A DNA stretch of 64,000 bases from Schleiferiaceae bacterium (GCA_031581125.1 JAVLBR010000001.1:25974-89973); one strand, 5' to 3'; shown: positions 8,670 to 19,504, counted from the first letter of the stretch. Program-made: numbers and translations. Notes: a model not told the origin generated them from the letters alone.

Positions 8670-11600
8670 ATGAAAAAAAATTATGCTGCCCATCGTCCGA
8701 TGCTCCTGAGCCTGCTCGGGATTTTAATATCCGCTGGCCTTTGGGGCCAGGCCATAACTGTCAAGGGGACCATTAAAGACGCGGCCGATGGCAGCGCTTT
8801 ACCCGGCGTAAACATTTCCGTCCTGGGCAAACGTACCGGCACGGTAAGCAGTATGGAGGGGACCTACGAAATCCAAGCCGAAATAGGCGATTCCCTTTCC
8901 TTTTCTTTTATCGGCTACCAAACCGTGACCAAAGTGGTCAATCGCCGTGGCGAAATCAATGTACGCCTGGAGGAAACCGCCTCCATGCTCAATGACGTGG
9001 TGGTGGTAGGCTACGGAAGCACCAAGAAAAAAGAAATGACCGGCGCGGCCTCTACCGCCGATGCCAAGCAGATCACCCAGCTGAACATCCCCCGGCTTGA
9101 TCAGTCCCTCCAGGGCCAGATGGCGGGCGTGAACATTCAAACCAATAGCGGCTCGCCCGGCGGGTCTTCCTCCATTCGTATTCGGGGGCTATCCACCTTT
9201 GGCGATAACGACCCCCTGATCCTGGTAGACGGGATCGTTTATGACTCGGAAGGCCTTAATGCCCTTAACCCCCAGGATATCGCCAGTGTCAATGTACTCA
9301 AAGATGCCACGGCAGGCATTTACGGGGTAAGGGCGGCCAATGGGGTCATCATCATCAAAACCAAAAGCGGCCAGGCCAACCAAAAACCACAGTTTACCTT
9401 CAGCGGCTACTACGGTATGCAGGAAACCGCCCGCCAGCTGGACCTCCTCAACGCCAACGAATACGCGGTGGTCAAAAACAACGCCTTTGCCAACGGCGGG
9501 CAGCCGCTGCCCTTTGCCAACACCAGCCTGGGCGAAGGTACCGACTGGCAAGAAGAGGTCTTTGAAACCGCCCCTATTCAAAATTATAACCTTAGCGTAA
9601 GCGGCGGCACCGATAAAACCACCTATTCTATCGGTGGCTCTTACTTTGACCAGCAAGGCATCGTGGGCCTGGACAAGGCCCAGTTTACCCGGTACAACGG
9701 ACGGGTAAACATTACCACGCAGCTTTCCACCCGCCTCAAGCTCAAAAGCGTGCTGCTGTACACCAACGAAACCCGGAACACCCTCCCGGAAAATGGCATC
9801 GGCTCCGTACTCTACAATACGGTAAATGCCTTCCCTACCGAACCCGTGCGCCAGGCAGATGGGCGTTACAGCTACCTGGAAGAGGTGAGCGACATCATCA
9901 ATCCTTTACAGCAAATGGCCAACACCTTTAATGAGTCGCAGGTCAACAAATTTGTGGGGAAGGAGGAGCTGGTCTTCGACATCAACGAGCACTTGAGCTT
10001 TACCAATCGCTTCAACTACAACTACGCCGCCGTGAAGGGCAAAACCTTTTCGCCGCTGGTATGGTACGGGCCCGGCAAGGCCCAAAACACGGCCGCCAAT
10101 GAAGACCTGGACCCCGTTACCGTAGAGATCGCCGACAGCGTATTCCTGGAGCGGGGGGCCAGTGTGTACGAAAGCCAGGAAACCTTCGTAGACCTTACCT
10201 ACGAAAGCTTCCTCAATTACGACCGTACTTTTGGCAACGACCACCAGGTAAAAGCCACCCTGGGTGCCTCCATTTTCAACCGCAGTGGGGAGGGCCTGAA
10301 CGCCACCGCTTTTAACATCCCCAATAACTCGGAGGAGTTTGCCGACATTTCCGCCAACCAGGCAGAAGGTGGCTTTCTGAACAACGCCGGTTCTTACCAA
10401 TTCGAAGAGCGGCTGCTCTCCACCTTCCTCCGTGCGGAGTACAACTACAAACGCAAGTATGTATTCTCCGCCATCGTGCGCCGCGATGGTTCCTCCAAGT
10501 TTGGCCCCAATAACCGCTACGGCATATTCCCGGCCTTTTCGGGCGCCTGGCTTTTTTCGGAGGAAGATTTCTTTAACGTTGACTTCATCGAGTTTGCCAA
10601 GCTGCGTCTCAGCTACGGGGTATCGGGCAATGATCAGATCCCCAATTTCGCTTTTCGCGCCCTGCTCGATGGCGAAGGGGTAGCTGTTTTTGACGACGTG
10701 ATTACCCAGGGGGTGGCCATCGGGCGAGCCGCCAATCCCGACCTGAAATGGGAAACCACCCGCCAGTTTAATGCCGGGGTAGACCTCACCCTGCTGCGCA
10801 ACTTCAACGTCACGGCCAACTATTACATCAAGAATACCAATGACCTGCTATTCCAGCCGCAGGTGTCAGCGCTGCTGGGCGCCTACGGCCCGGGGGGCTT
10901 CCCACCTTTTGTAAACGCGGGGGACGTGGTAAACCGCGGACTGGAATTAGAGCTGGGCTACCGGACCAGCCCCAAGGCCCCGGTGGATTTTTCGGTAAAC
11001 TTTAACCTCACCACCCTGCACAACGAAGTACTGAGCGTACCGGAAGGCGTAGACTTCCTTCCCGGTGCCAGCTTTGGCGTAGGGGGCAATGTGGCCACCC
11101 GCTTTGAGGCCGGCTACCCCATCGGCTATTTCGTAGGGCTGGAAACCAACGGCGTGTACCAAACCGAAGGCGAAATTGAAAATGGCCCCCAGCAAGACGG
11201 TGCCCAGCCCGGTGACCTTCGCTTTGTAGACCAAAACGGCGACGGCGTGATCAGCTTTAACGACAATTCCGACCGGGTACAGATCGGCTCGCCTATTCCC
11301 GATATTACCATGGGGCTTTCCTTTAACGCCAGCTATAAAGGCTTTGACGCCTCCGCCAGCCTCTATGCCGCGCTGGGCCAGGAGATCATCCGAAACTACG
11401 AGCGCCAGCAGCCCTTTGCCAACCAGCTTTCTTACTACATCAACCGTTGGGTAGGTCCGGGCACCAGCAACGAGGTGCCCCGTCTTACTACCGGACAAAC
11501 CCGCAACACCGCCTTTTCTGATTTTTACGTAGAGGACGGGTCCTTCCTGCGAGTGCGCAACGTCCAGCTGGGCTACACACTGCCCAGTGACTGGTTTGCC

Positions 11601-11780
11601 AACAGCACCGTGCAAACCCTCCGGCTCTATGTCTCCGTCAATAACCTCTATACCTTCACGCGCTACCGGGGCTACGACCCGGACATCGGCTCGGCCGGCG
11701 GTACCCTTGGTGCCGGTGTAGACAATGGATTTTACCCTCAGGCCCGCACCTTTATGGGCGGCTTTAACCTCAAATTTTAA
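8670..11780 (+). CDS. SusC-like TonB-dependent outer-membrane transporter
   Basis: The ORF is 8643..11780; the signal peptide begins at MKKNYAAH (8670). It has a carboxypeptidase-regulatory-like domain (ITVKGTIKDAADGSALPGVNISV), a plug motif (VVVGYGSTKKKEMTGA) and the C-terminal ..FMGGFNLKF. A SusD gene starts 6 nt downstream. Confidence 0.93.
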   Translation: MKKNYAAHRPMLLSLLGILISAGLWGQAITVKGTIKDAADGSALPGVNISVLGKRTGTVSSMEGTYEIQAEIGDSLSFSFIGYQTVTKVVNRRGEINVRLEETASMLNDVVVVGYGSTKKKEMTGAASTADAKQITQLNIPRLDQSLQGQMAGVNIQTNSGSPGGSSSIRIRGLSTFGDNDPLILVDGIVYDSEGLNALNPQDIASVNVLKDATAGIYGVRAANGVIIIKTKSGQANQKPQFTFSGYYGMQETARQLDLLNANEYAVVKNNAFANGGQPLPFANTSLGEGTDWQEEVFETAPIQNYNLSVSGGTDKTTYSIGGSYFDQQGIVGLDKAQFTRYNGRVNITTQLSTRLKLKSVLLYTNETRNTLPENGIGSVLYNTVNAFPTEPVRQADGRYSYLEEVSDIINPLQQMANTFNESQVNKFVGKEELVFDINEHLSFTNRFNYNYAAVKGKTFSPLVWYGPGKAQNTAANEDLDPVTVEIADSVFLERGASVYESQETFVDLTYESFLNYDRTFGNDHQVKATLGASIFNRSGEGLNATAFNIPNNSEEFADISANQAEGGFLNNAGSYQFEERLLSTFLRAEYNYKRKYVFSAIVRRDGSSKFGPNNRYGIFPAFSGAWLFSEEDFFNVDFIEFAKLRLSYGVSGNDQIPNFAFRALLDGEGVAVFDDVITQGVAIGRAANPDLKWETTRQFNAGVDLTLLRNFNVTANYYIKNTNDLLFQPQVSALLGAYGPGGFPPFVNAGDVVNRGLELELGYRTSPKAPVDFSVNFNLTTLHNEVLSVPEGVDFLPGASFGVGGNVATRFEAGYPIGYFVGLETNGVYQTEGEIENGPQQDGAQPGDLRFVDQNGDGVISFNDNSDRVQIGSPIPDITMGLSFNASYKGFDASASLYAALGQEIIRNYERQQPFANQLSYYINRWVGPGTSNEVPRLTTGQTRNTAFSDFYVEDGSFLRVRNVQLGYTLPSDWFANSTVQTLRLYVSVNNLYTFTRYRGYDPDIGSAGGTLGAGVDNGFYPQARTFMGGFNLKF

Positions 11781-11785
11781 GCAGT

Positions 11786-13264
11786 ATGAAAAGCCAATGG
11801 ATAATTCGATTTAGCCCGGTGGCCCTCCTCTCCCTTCTCTTCTTGGGGGCTTGCGAAAAACAACTGGACTTAGATCCGCCCTTTACGCAAGACGCCGAAA
11901 ACTATTTCAACAGCCCCGAGGATTATGAACTCGCCCTGGTAGGCGCCTATGACCTCACCCAGGCCTCCTTCCTCAATCTCTGGATCGGCGAAATTGCTTC
12001 CGATAATTCCATTGCCGGGGGCGAAAGTGTCACCGACACGGAAGGCCTGCACGAGATAGACAACATGAATCACGGCGGAGTGAATAACGAGCTGCGCAAT
12101 ATCTTCCGCTGGTATTATGCCGGGGTAAGCCGCTGCAACTACATCATGAGCAATAAAGACAAGATTGACTTTGACGGCAAGACCCAGATCCTGGCGGAAA
12201 CCCGCTTCCTCCGCGCTTACTATTACTTCCAATTGGTGAAGTACTTCGGCGCGGTACCGCTTATCATCGACGAGCGCCTGGGGGCCGATGAGGTCACCGA
12301 AATAGAGCGCAACCCTGCCAATGAAGTCTACGCGCAAATTGAAAGCGACCTCCGTTTTGCGGAAGAAAACTTACCCTGGAACAACCCCATTAAAGGCCGG
12401 GTAGATAAAGGCACGGCGCTATCTCTTTTGGGCAAAGCCCTCCTCTACCAGGATAAAACGGGGGATGCTGCCCTCGTTCTGGGCCGGGTGATCACCGAGG
12501 GGCCGTATGATCTCATTAATGATTATAGCACCTTGTTTCTGGCCAGTAATGAAGACAATCAGGAAGTGGTCTTTTCGGTAGAATATTCCGGCCTGGAAGG
12601 GGGCGGCTACGGCTGCCTCATTTGCCTGGAAGGCAATGCCGCACCGGGCTTTCACGGTATCCGCCAGTACAATGGCCCCGTGTATGCAGATGGCAATAGC
12701 TATAACCTCCCCACCCAGGAGCTATACGATGCCTTCTCCCCTAATGACCCCCGGCGCGATGCCACGGTGCTGGATATTGAGAACTTTATCGCCCAGCAGC
12801 CCAATCCCGATGACATAGAGTACGCCGTAGGCGGAGGCGGGCATACCGGCTACTACAACAATAAGTACATCAAAAGACAAGCAGAACTGGGCCTGCCCGA
12901 TACGGACCTCACGAGCCCCAACAATTACCGGGTGATCCGTTTTGCCGACGTCCTGCTCATGGCGGCCGAAGCGCACGCCCGGGAGGGCAATGATGGCCCC
13001 GCCCGCACCTACCTCAACCGGGTACGAAGCCGGGTAAACCTGCAGCCCATCACCAGCTCCGGTCAAGCCCTGGTGGAAGACATCTGGGAGGAGCGCCGCC
13101 TGGAGCTGTCCGGAGAAGGGCACCGCTTCTTTGACTTGGTACGGACCGGGGAAGCCGCTGATGAAATGGACAACTTTGTACCCGGCAAGCATGAGTTATT
13201 TCCCATCCCGCAGGTAGAAATAGACCTGGCCGGTGGCAACTGGACCCAGAACCCGGGCTACTAA
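11786..13264 (+). CDS. SusD/RagB-family glycan-binding outer-membrane lipoprotein
   Basis: Lipobox LFLGAC, TPR-like SusD core (RFLRAYYYFQLVKYFG, RFADVLLMAAEA, ERRLELSGEGHRFFDLVR). Position directly after SusC. Confidence 0.92.
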   Translation: MKSQWIIRFSPVALLSLLFLGACEKQLDLDPPFTQDAENYFNSPEDYELALVGAYDLTQASFLNLWIGEIASDNSIAGGESVTDTEGLHEIDNMNHGGVNNELRNIFRWYYAGVSRCNYIMSNKDKIDFDGKTQILAETRFLRAYYYFQLVKYFGAVPLIIDERLGADEVTEIERNPANEVYAQIESDLRFAEENLPWNNPIKGRVDKGTALSLLGKALLYQDKTGDAALVLGRVITEGPYDLINDYSTLFLASNEDNQEVVFSVEYSGLEGGGYGCLICLEGNAAPGFHGIRQYNGPVYADGNSYNLPTQELYDAFSPNDPRRDATVLDIENFIAQQPNPDDIEYAVGGGGHTGYYNNKYIKRQAELGLPDTDLTSPNNYRVIRFADVLLMAAEAHAREGNDGPARTYLNRVRSRVNLQPITSSGQALVEDIWEERRLELSGEGHRFFDLVRTGEAADEMDNFVPGKHELFPIPQVEIDLAGGNWTQNPGY

Positions 13265-13291
13265 AAATCTCCCCAAAAATTAAGCACGATC

Positions 13292-14173
13292 ATGAAACTT
13301 TTTTCTTTCCCTTTGACCTCCCGTCTGGCTGGGCTCAGTATACTCAGCGCGGGCCTCTTCTTTACCAGCTGCCAGGAAGATAGCCCCGAACTAGGGCCCC
13401 CGCCCAGCAGTGAACAGGCTAGCTTTAGCTACGCCCCCACGGATTCCTCTGACAACATCATCCAGTTTACCGCCGCAGACCCCGAAGCACAGGCGGTATG
13501 GGACTTTGGGAACGGGGAAAGCGATGAAGGCACGGTCGTTTCGGCCGTTTATCCTCGCCAAGGTATCTACACCGTAAAGCTCACGGTATTTACCAAGGGG
13601 GGCAATGCTTCTACCTCGCAGGATATCACCATTGATCAAGACGACCCCTCCCTGCTAGACAATGAGCTTTACAATCTGCTTTCCGGCGGGGCGCAAGGGC
13701 CGGGCTCCAAAACCTGGGTCATAGACTCCACTTCCGAAGAGCACTTTGGGGTAGGGCCAGAACCGGCCCAAGCAGGACTCTTCCCCGAGTACTACGCCGC
13801 TACGGCCCTGGAAAAATCAGGCTCCGGTATGTACAATGACCGCTACGTATTTACCTTTAATGGTTTTGGCTTCGACATGATCACCAACGGCGATATTTAC
13901 ATCAATACCGAGCACAAAGATCAATTTAGTGGGGCGGTAGAATCTCCGGTAGGCGATTACATCGCGCCTTTCCCGGATCAGCTCAATGAGTCTTGGTCTA
14001 TCACGGAGGCATCGGATACCACCCTTACCGTATCTGGCAATGCCTTCCTCTCCTACTACACCGGGGTACAGACCTACCAGATCATCAATATCGAAGAGGA
14101 TGAGCTCTTCCTGCGTTTTTTGGATACCAAAGCCCCCGATCTGGCCTGGTACATCCGTTTAGTTCCCGAATAA
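13292..14173 (+). CDS. PKD-domain surface lipoprotein (probable surface glycan-binding protein of the PUL)
   Basis: Lipobox FFTSC. PKD-like segment FSYAPTD..WDFGNGESDEGTVVSAVYPRQGIYTVKLTVF. Sits in the SGBP position after SusD. Confidence 0.75.
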   Translation: MKLFSFPLTSRLAGLSILSAGLFFTSCQEDSPELGPPPSSEQASFSYAPTDSSDNIIQFTAADPEAQAVWDFGNGESDEGTVVSAVYPRQGIYTVKLTVFTKGGNASTSQDITIDQDDPSLLDNELYNLLSGGAQGPGSKTWVIDSTSEEHFGVGPEPAQAGLFPEYYAATALEKSGSGMYNDRYVFTFNGFGFDMITNGDIYINTEHKDQFSGAVESPVGDYIAPFPDQLNESWSITEASDTTLTVSGNAFLSYYTGVQTYQIINIEEDELFLRFLDTKAPDLAWYIRLVPE

Positions 14174-14186
14174 AAAATCATAGACC

Positions 14187-15335
14187 ATGAAACTGTTCAC
14201 CGTTTATAATCAATATCCCACGCTCCTGTTCCTGCCCCTTATCGCCCTGATGAGCTGCGACCCCCAGAACGATGGGGCTGGTGAGCAAGTAGAACCCGGC
14301 AACCTGGAGCTTACCATCACCCAGGACAGCACCGTGCTGGGCCTGGTAGAGGTGCAGGCCAGCGCTGACAATGCCAACTACCTGGAAGCCGAATTTTTTG
14401 AAGATGGCAGCTCCACCGTTCAGGAGCTGGAAAATGGGCTCACCAGCTATCAGTTCCAGGACACCGGCCGTTATCGTATCCTGGTGCGGGCTCATACCAG
14501 TTTTGACGTCTTTATCCAAGAGGAGCGCTTTGTGAGCATCAGTAGGGATGGCAACGGATCGGGCGGCGGCCCCCAAGGCATCCCGGACACCGGCTACAGC
14601 ACCCCTATGTCTTATCCCGGCTATACCCTGGTGTGGAATGACGAGTTTAATGGTAACAGCCTTTCCTCCGACTGGGTGCACGAAACCGGCACGGGCAGCA
14701 ACGGCTGGGGCAATAACGAACTCCAGTACTACCGCCCGGAAAACACCGAAGTACGCGATGGCTACCTAATCATCACCGCCAAAAACGAAATCTTTGGCAG
14801 CCAGAGCTACACCTCCTCCCGCATCAAAACTCAGGGCTTACAAAGCTTCCAGTACGGGCGCATCGATATTCGGGCGGCCCTCCCGCAGGGACAGGGCATC
14901 TGGCCCGCGCTGTGGATGCTGGGCGATTCCCACAGCACGGTGGGCTGGCCTGCCTGTGGCGAGATCGATATCATGGAAATGGTAGGTGGTACCCATCAGC
15001 AGCCCCAGGGCAATGCCTATGTACACGGCACTATTCATTGGGAACAGAATGGCCAGCGCGCTCAGTACGGCGGTCATAATAAGCTCGATCAGGGCATTTT
15101 TGCGGATGAATTTCACGTTTTCTCCATCGAGTGGGATCAGAATGGCATCACCTGGTATCGGGATGATATCGCCTACCACAGCGCGGATATCACCCCCGCC
15201 CCCCTGAGCGAATTTCAGGCGCCTTTCTTCTTCATCTTTAACGTAGCCGTAGGGGGCAATTGGCCCGGACCGCCTGATAATTCCACCCAGTTTCCTCAGC
15301 AAATGGCCGTTGATTACGTCCGGGTATTTCAGTAA
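14187..15335 (+). CDS. GH16 endo-beta-1,3-glucanase (laminarinase), lipoprotein with N-terminal Ig-like module
   Basis: Lipobox ALMSC. GH16 motifs WNDEFNG, GWGNNELQYY, WPALWMLG and the catalytic GEIDIMEM (ExDxxE). Confidence 0.9.
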   Translation: MKLFTVYNQYPTLLFLPLIALMSCDPQNDGAGEQVEPGNLELTITQDSTVLGLVEVQASADNANYLEAEFFEDGSSTVQELENGLTSYQFQDTGRYRILVRAHTSFDVFIQEERFVSISRDGNGSGGGPQGIPDTGYSTPMSYPGYTLVWNDEFNGNSLSSDWVHETGTGSNGWGNNELQYYRPENTEVRDGYLIITAKNEIFGSQSYTSSRIKTQGLQSFQYGRIDIRAALPQGQGIWPALWMLGDSHSTVGWPACGEIDIMEMVGGTHQQPQGNAYVHGTIHWEQNGQRAQYGGHNKLDQGIFADEFHVFSIEWDQNGITWYRDDIAYHSADITPAPLSEFQAPFFFIFNVAVGGNWPGPPDNSTQFPQQMAVDYVRVFQ

Positions 15336-15359
15336 ACGCGCCTCTTTTCCCTTTCCTTC

Positions 15360-16643
15360 ATGAATAACGGCATGCCGCTTTTTTGGGTACTACTACTTTT
15401 GGCCGCAGGCCAAATGTGCTGGAGCCAGGCCATTCCCGTCACCATATCCCAGCAAGAGCAGGCTTATACCCTGCAGCGAAATGGGGAACCCTATTTCATC
15501 AAAGGAGCGGGCGGACCAGGTCAGTGGGATTACCTGGTAAAAATAGGCGGTAACTCCGTGCGCACCTGGAGTGTTAAAAATGCACAAGCGGTGCTAGATT
15601 CAGCTCAGGCCCACGGGCTTACCGTTATGCTGGGGCTGTGGTTGCAGCACGAACGGCATGGCTTTGACTATTCGGATACAGCGGCGGTGGCGCGGCAAAA
15701 AGCCCGTTTCACCCGCGTGGTAAAGCGCTTTAAAGACCATCCGGCCCTCCTCATGTGGGGCATAGGCAATGAGGTAGACCTCTTTTACGAAAATGAAGCG
15801 GTATGGGATGCGGTCCAAGACATCGCGGCCCTCATCCAGCGCCTGGACCCCCATCACCCCACCACCACCATCACCGCCGGCCTGGATCCGGCCGAGGTGA
15901 AACTAATCCAGGAGAAAGCGCCCGCCATAGACATCTATGGCATCAATACCTATGGGGCCATAGATCAGGTAGCCACCGACCTGAAGCGATACGGCTGGGA
16001 AGGGCCCTACCTGATAGCCGAGTGGGGCCCCAATGGCCACTGGGAAGTGGATACCCTGCCCTGGGGCGCGCCGCTAGAGCAAACCAGCAGCGCCAAAGAA
16101 AGGGACTACCGCCAGCGCTACCGTTACATAGCCCGGGACAGCCAGCGCTGCCTGGGGTCTTACGTTTTTCTGTGGGGCCAAAAGCAAGAAGTGACCTCTA
16201 CCTGGTACGGGCTTTTTACCGAATGGGGCGCGCCTACCGAACCCCTGGATGCCCTCCAGGAGGCCTGGCTGGGCGCAGCGCCTCCCCAGCCCGCCCCCAG
16301 TTTGGAAGCGCTTTATCTCAACGGCCGCCCGGGAAAAGACACGGTACTGCTCACCCAGGGCCAGCGCTATGCCGCCCACGCGGAAATAAAACCGGGTACC
16401 CGCCAAAACCTCAAGATCGAGTGGCGGGTGTATCCCGAAAGCGAGGCAGAAAGTGAGGGCGGCGACTACCAGCCGCCGCTGAAAGAAATTAAAGGGGTGG
16501 TAAAGGCCCTTAAGCCCGGAAAAGCCACACTCCACGCCGCTATACCCCCGGGGGCTTACAGGCTCTTTGTGTATGCGGTAGATACCACGGGAAAAACGGC
16601 CTACGCCAACCTCCCCTTTCGTGTGAAAAAAGACAAACCCTAA
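15360..16643 (+). CDS. Clan GH-A (beta/alpha)8 glycosidase with C-terminal beta-sandwich; GH158-like candidate endo-beta-1,3-glucanase
   Basis: Signal peptide present. The acid/base motif is WGIGNEVD and the nucleophile motif is YLIAEWG, about 83 aa later. A ~110-aa Ig-like tail follows. The gene lies inside a beta-glucan PUL. The family-level call is from memory of GH158 architecture and is not a search result. Confidence 0.6.
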   Translation: MNNGMPLFWVLLLLAAGQMCWSQAIPVTISQQEQAYTLQRNGEPYFIKGAGGPGQWDYLVKIGGNSVRTWSVKNAQAVLDSAQAHGLTVMLGLWLQHERHGFDYSDTAAVARQKARFTRVVKRFKDHPALLMWGIGNEVDLFYENEAVWDAVQDIAALIQRLDPHHPTTTITAGLDPAEVKLIQEKAPAIDIYGINTYGAIDQVATDLKRYGWEGPYLIAEWGPNGHWEVDTLPWGAPLEQTSSAKERDYRQRYRYIARDSQRCLGSYVFLWGQKQEVTSTWYGLFTEWGAPTEPLDALQEAWLGAAPPQPAPSLEALYLNGRPGKDTVLLTQGQRYAAHAEIKPGTRQNLKIEWRVYPESEAESEGGDYQPPLKEIKGVVKALKPGKATLHAAIPPGAYRLFVYAVDTTGKTAYANLPFRVKKDKP

Positions 16644-16701
16644 AGCCCCGCCTCCACCTTCCAAACCCGCTAGCAAAGCGTCCTAAAGCCTCCCTTTCCC
16701 C

Positions 16702-18267
16702 ATGTCACAACAGCATCGCATCATCGCCATCATCGCCTTAATTGTAGCCCTGGGCGGGCTCCTCATGGGCTTTGATGCCTCCGTTATCTCGGGGGTGGTG
16801 AAATTCATTGAACCGGAGTTTGGGCTGAGCAAATTGGAGCTGGGCTGGGCGGTAGCCTCCCTTACGCTTACTTCTACCCTGGCCATGCTCCTGGCCGGTC
16901 CCATAAGTGACCGCATTGGGCGGCGCAGCGTGCTTAGGCTGGCGGCCATCATTTATTTGCTATCCGCGCTGGGCTCCGCCCTGGCGCCCAATTTTGCCAC
17001 CCTGGTCATGGCCCGCATGATCGGCGGTTTTGGGGTAGGGGCTTCCCTGATCCTGGCCCCCATGTACATAGCGGAAATATCGCCCGCCCGCCTTAGGGGC
17101 CGCATGGTATCGTTTAATCAATTGAACATTGTAGTAGGCATTTCGGCCGCCTTCTTTTCCAACTACCTCATCCTCCAGATGGGCGACTGGGACAGCGGCT
17201 GGGTAGAAGCACTGGGCATTAAAGAACACAACTGGCGCTGGATGCTGGGACTGGAGGTACTGCCCGCCCTCCTCTACTTTCTGGGGCTCTTCTTTGTGCC
17301 CAGGAGCCCGCGCTGGCTGGTCATGAAGGGCCATTACGAAGAGGCCCTTACCGTTATGAAACGCTACCGGGCCGAAGAAACCGCCCGGGCAGAAATCCAG
17401 GATATCCGCCAGAGCCTGGAAGAAAAAGATGAAAAAAAGGTAAAAGTAAGCCAGCTTACGGTGCTGTTTAGCCCCGGACTGCGCAAGGTTCTGATCATCG
17501 GGATCGTGGTGGCCGTCTTGCAGCAGATTACCGGCATCAACTCGGTATTTTTTTACGCGCCCATGATCTTCGAGCAAAGCGGCATAGGCACCGATGCCTC
17601 CTTTGTGCAAGCCATCTTGGTGGGACTCACTAACCTGGTTTTCACCGTACTGGCCATTCTATTCATAGACAAACTGGGACGCAAGCCCCTGCTCATATTT
17701 GGGGTAGCCGGCATCGCCATCAGCATGTTTGTCCTCGCTTACGGCTTCAGCACCGCCCGCTATACCCTTAGTGAAAACAGCGTAAGCCATCTCAGCGCCC
17801 CCATCGACCAGCAAGCGCTGGGCTCCATCACCGGCCAAACCTTTTCCAGTGACGTGGCCTATCGCCTGGCGGTAGAAAAGGCCCTGGGCGAAAAAGCGGC
17901 TACTACCCACAAATCTGAACTCATAGCAGCCGCCATTGATATGAACCCCACCCTCATTCTGCTGGCCATACTCACCTTCGTGGCTTCCTTTGCCATCTCC
18001 ATCGGGCCGGTTATGTGGGTGCTCTTCTCCGAACTCTTTCCCAACGCCATTCGGGGCCTGGCCATCTCGGCCGTAGGGCTCATCAATTCCACCGTTAGCT
18101 TCCTGGTGCAGTGGGTCTTCCCCTGGGAGCTGGACAATTTCGGTTCCGCCATCACCTTCCTACTCTACGGGCTCTTTGCCGTAGCGGGTTTCCTTTTTAT
18201 CCTCCGCTACGTGCCGGAAACCAAGGGTCGATCCCTGGAGGAGCTCGAAGCCGATCTCACTTCTTAA
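16702..18267 (+). CDS. MFS sugar porter (sugar:H+ symporter family)
   Basis: Sugar-porter motifs GFDASVISG, GPISDRIGRR, PRSPRWL, PETKGRSLEELE; 12-TM layout. Confidence 0.9.
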   Translation: MSQQHRIIAIIALIVALGGLLMGFDASVISGVVKFIEPEFGLSKLELGWAVASLTLTSTLAMLLAGPISDRIGRRSVLRLAAIIYLLSALGSALAPNFATLVMARMIGGFGVGASLILAPMYIAEISPARLRGRMVSFNQLNIVVGISAAFFSNYLILQMGDWDSGWVEALGIKEHNWRWMLGLEVLPALLYFLGLFFVPRSPRWLVMKGHYEEALTVMKRYRAEETARAEIQDIRQSLEEKDEKKVKVSQLTVLFSPGLRKVLIIGIVVAVLQQITGINSVFFYAPMIFEQSGIGTDASFVQAILVGLTNLVFTVLAILFIDKLGRKPLLIFGVAGIAISMFVLAYGFSTARYTLSENSVSHLSAPIDQQALGSITGQTFSSDVAYRLAVEKALGEKAATTHKSELIAAAIDMNPTLILLAILTFVASFAISIGPVMWVLFSELFPNAIRGLAISAVGLINSTVSFLVQWVFPWELDNFGSAITFLLYGLFAVAGFLFILRYVPETKGRSLEELEADLTS

Positions 18268-18278
18268 AAAGATAAGTT

Positions 18279-19499
18279 ATGAAACCGCGCCATCTACTCC
18301 CGCTCTTCCTGGCCCTGCTGGCCTGTCAAAACAAAACCCGCCCAACCGCTAAAGAACCCCAAGGGCAGCTAAGCCCCACCCAGCTGCGGATCGGAAAGGA
18401 CAGCACCGGCCTGAGCCTTCCATTGGCCCTTGGCGCAGCGCAGGATTTAAGCTTTCAGCTAAATGTGCCCCAGGCCGGCCGTTATCAGTTAATCATGAAG
18501 GGACAGGCAGAGCCCGGAAGCCGCCTCTGGCTGGAGGACTACGCCGAAAATCAAGAAGGCCGAACCTATGATGTGAGCGGTTATTTATATCCCGCTGGCC
18601 AGGATAGCGTGTACCGCGATGGCCTGCCCCTGGATAGCGGGCAGCATCCCATGCTTTTGCACGTGGAAAAAGGGGACTACCGGCTGGAGGACCTCTATTT
18701 TAAGTTACAACGCCGCCACCAGCCTAGCCCAAAAGTCATGACACAGGCTACCGACGGGGAGGAGTGGCAAGTGGTATGGCAGGATGAGTTTGAAGGCTCC
18801 GGGCTGCCAGACACCACCCGGTGGCAATTCAATTTTGGCAACTGGGGCTGGGGCAATCGCGAACTACAGTACTACACACAAGCAGACCTCGAAAATGCCT
18901 ATCTCAAAGATGGCGCCCTGCACATCGTAGCCCAAAAGCCCGATTCCGGCCATTTCTGGCGCTCGGCCCGTCTCACCACCCAGGGCCGGGTAGCCTTTCG
19001 CTACGGCAAAATCAGCTTCCGGGCCAAAGTACCAACCCACCGGGGCACCTGGAGTGCCGGCTGGACGCTGGGTGATGCCTACCGTGATGAGGAATCCTGG
19101 CCCGACGTAGGCGAGATCGATATCCTGGAATGCGTGGGCTACGAAATAAACGATAGCACTGGCCGGGGGCTCAATCACGCTACCTGTCATACCCCCGCCT
19201 ATTATTTCAAACAAGGCAACCAAATAAGCGCTGTAGACACACTCGAAAACATGAATAGCCAGTGGCATACCTACAGCGCTTACTGGTACCCAGACAGCAT
19301 GGTGATGGCCGTAGATGGCCGCCGTTACTACCTTTATGATAAAACCGCCAACCAGCAAGAATGGCCTTTCCATGACCCCCAAAGCATTATTCTCAACCTG
19401 GCCATCGGCGGCGGTTGGGGCGGCGCCAAGGGTGTAGACAGTACCTTTACTCGCGCCACCTTCAAAATCGATTATGTGAGGGTGTACGAGAAAAAATAA
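18279..19499 (+). CDS. GH16 beta-glucanase with N-terminal CBM-like module, lipoprotein
   Basis: Lipobox LALLAC. GH16 motifs WQDEFEG, GWGNRELQYY, WSAGWTLG and the catalytic GEIDILEC. Confidence 0.9.
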   Translation: MKPRHLLPLFLALLACQNKTRPTAKEPQGQLSPTQLRIGKDSTGLSLPLALGAAQDLSFQLNVPQAGRYQLIMKGQAEPGSRLWLEDYAENQEGRTYDVSGYLYPAGQDSVYRDGLPLDSGQHPMLLHVEKGDYRLEDLYFKLQRRHQPSPKVMTQATDGEEWQVVWQDEFEGSGLPDTTRWQFNFGNWGWGNRELQYYTQADLENAYLKDGALHIVAQKPDSGHFWRSARLTTQGRVAFRYGKISFRAKVPTHRGTWSAGWTLGDAYRDEESWPDVGEIDILECVGYEINDSTGRGLNHATCHTPAYYFKQGNQISAVDTLENMNSQWHTYSAYWYPDSMVMAVDGRRYYLYDKTANQQEWPFHDPQSIILNLAIGGGWGGAKGVDSTFTRATFKIDYVRVYEKK

Positions 19500-19504
19500 A
19501 GCTT

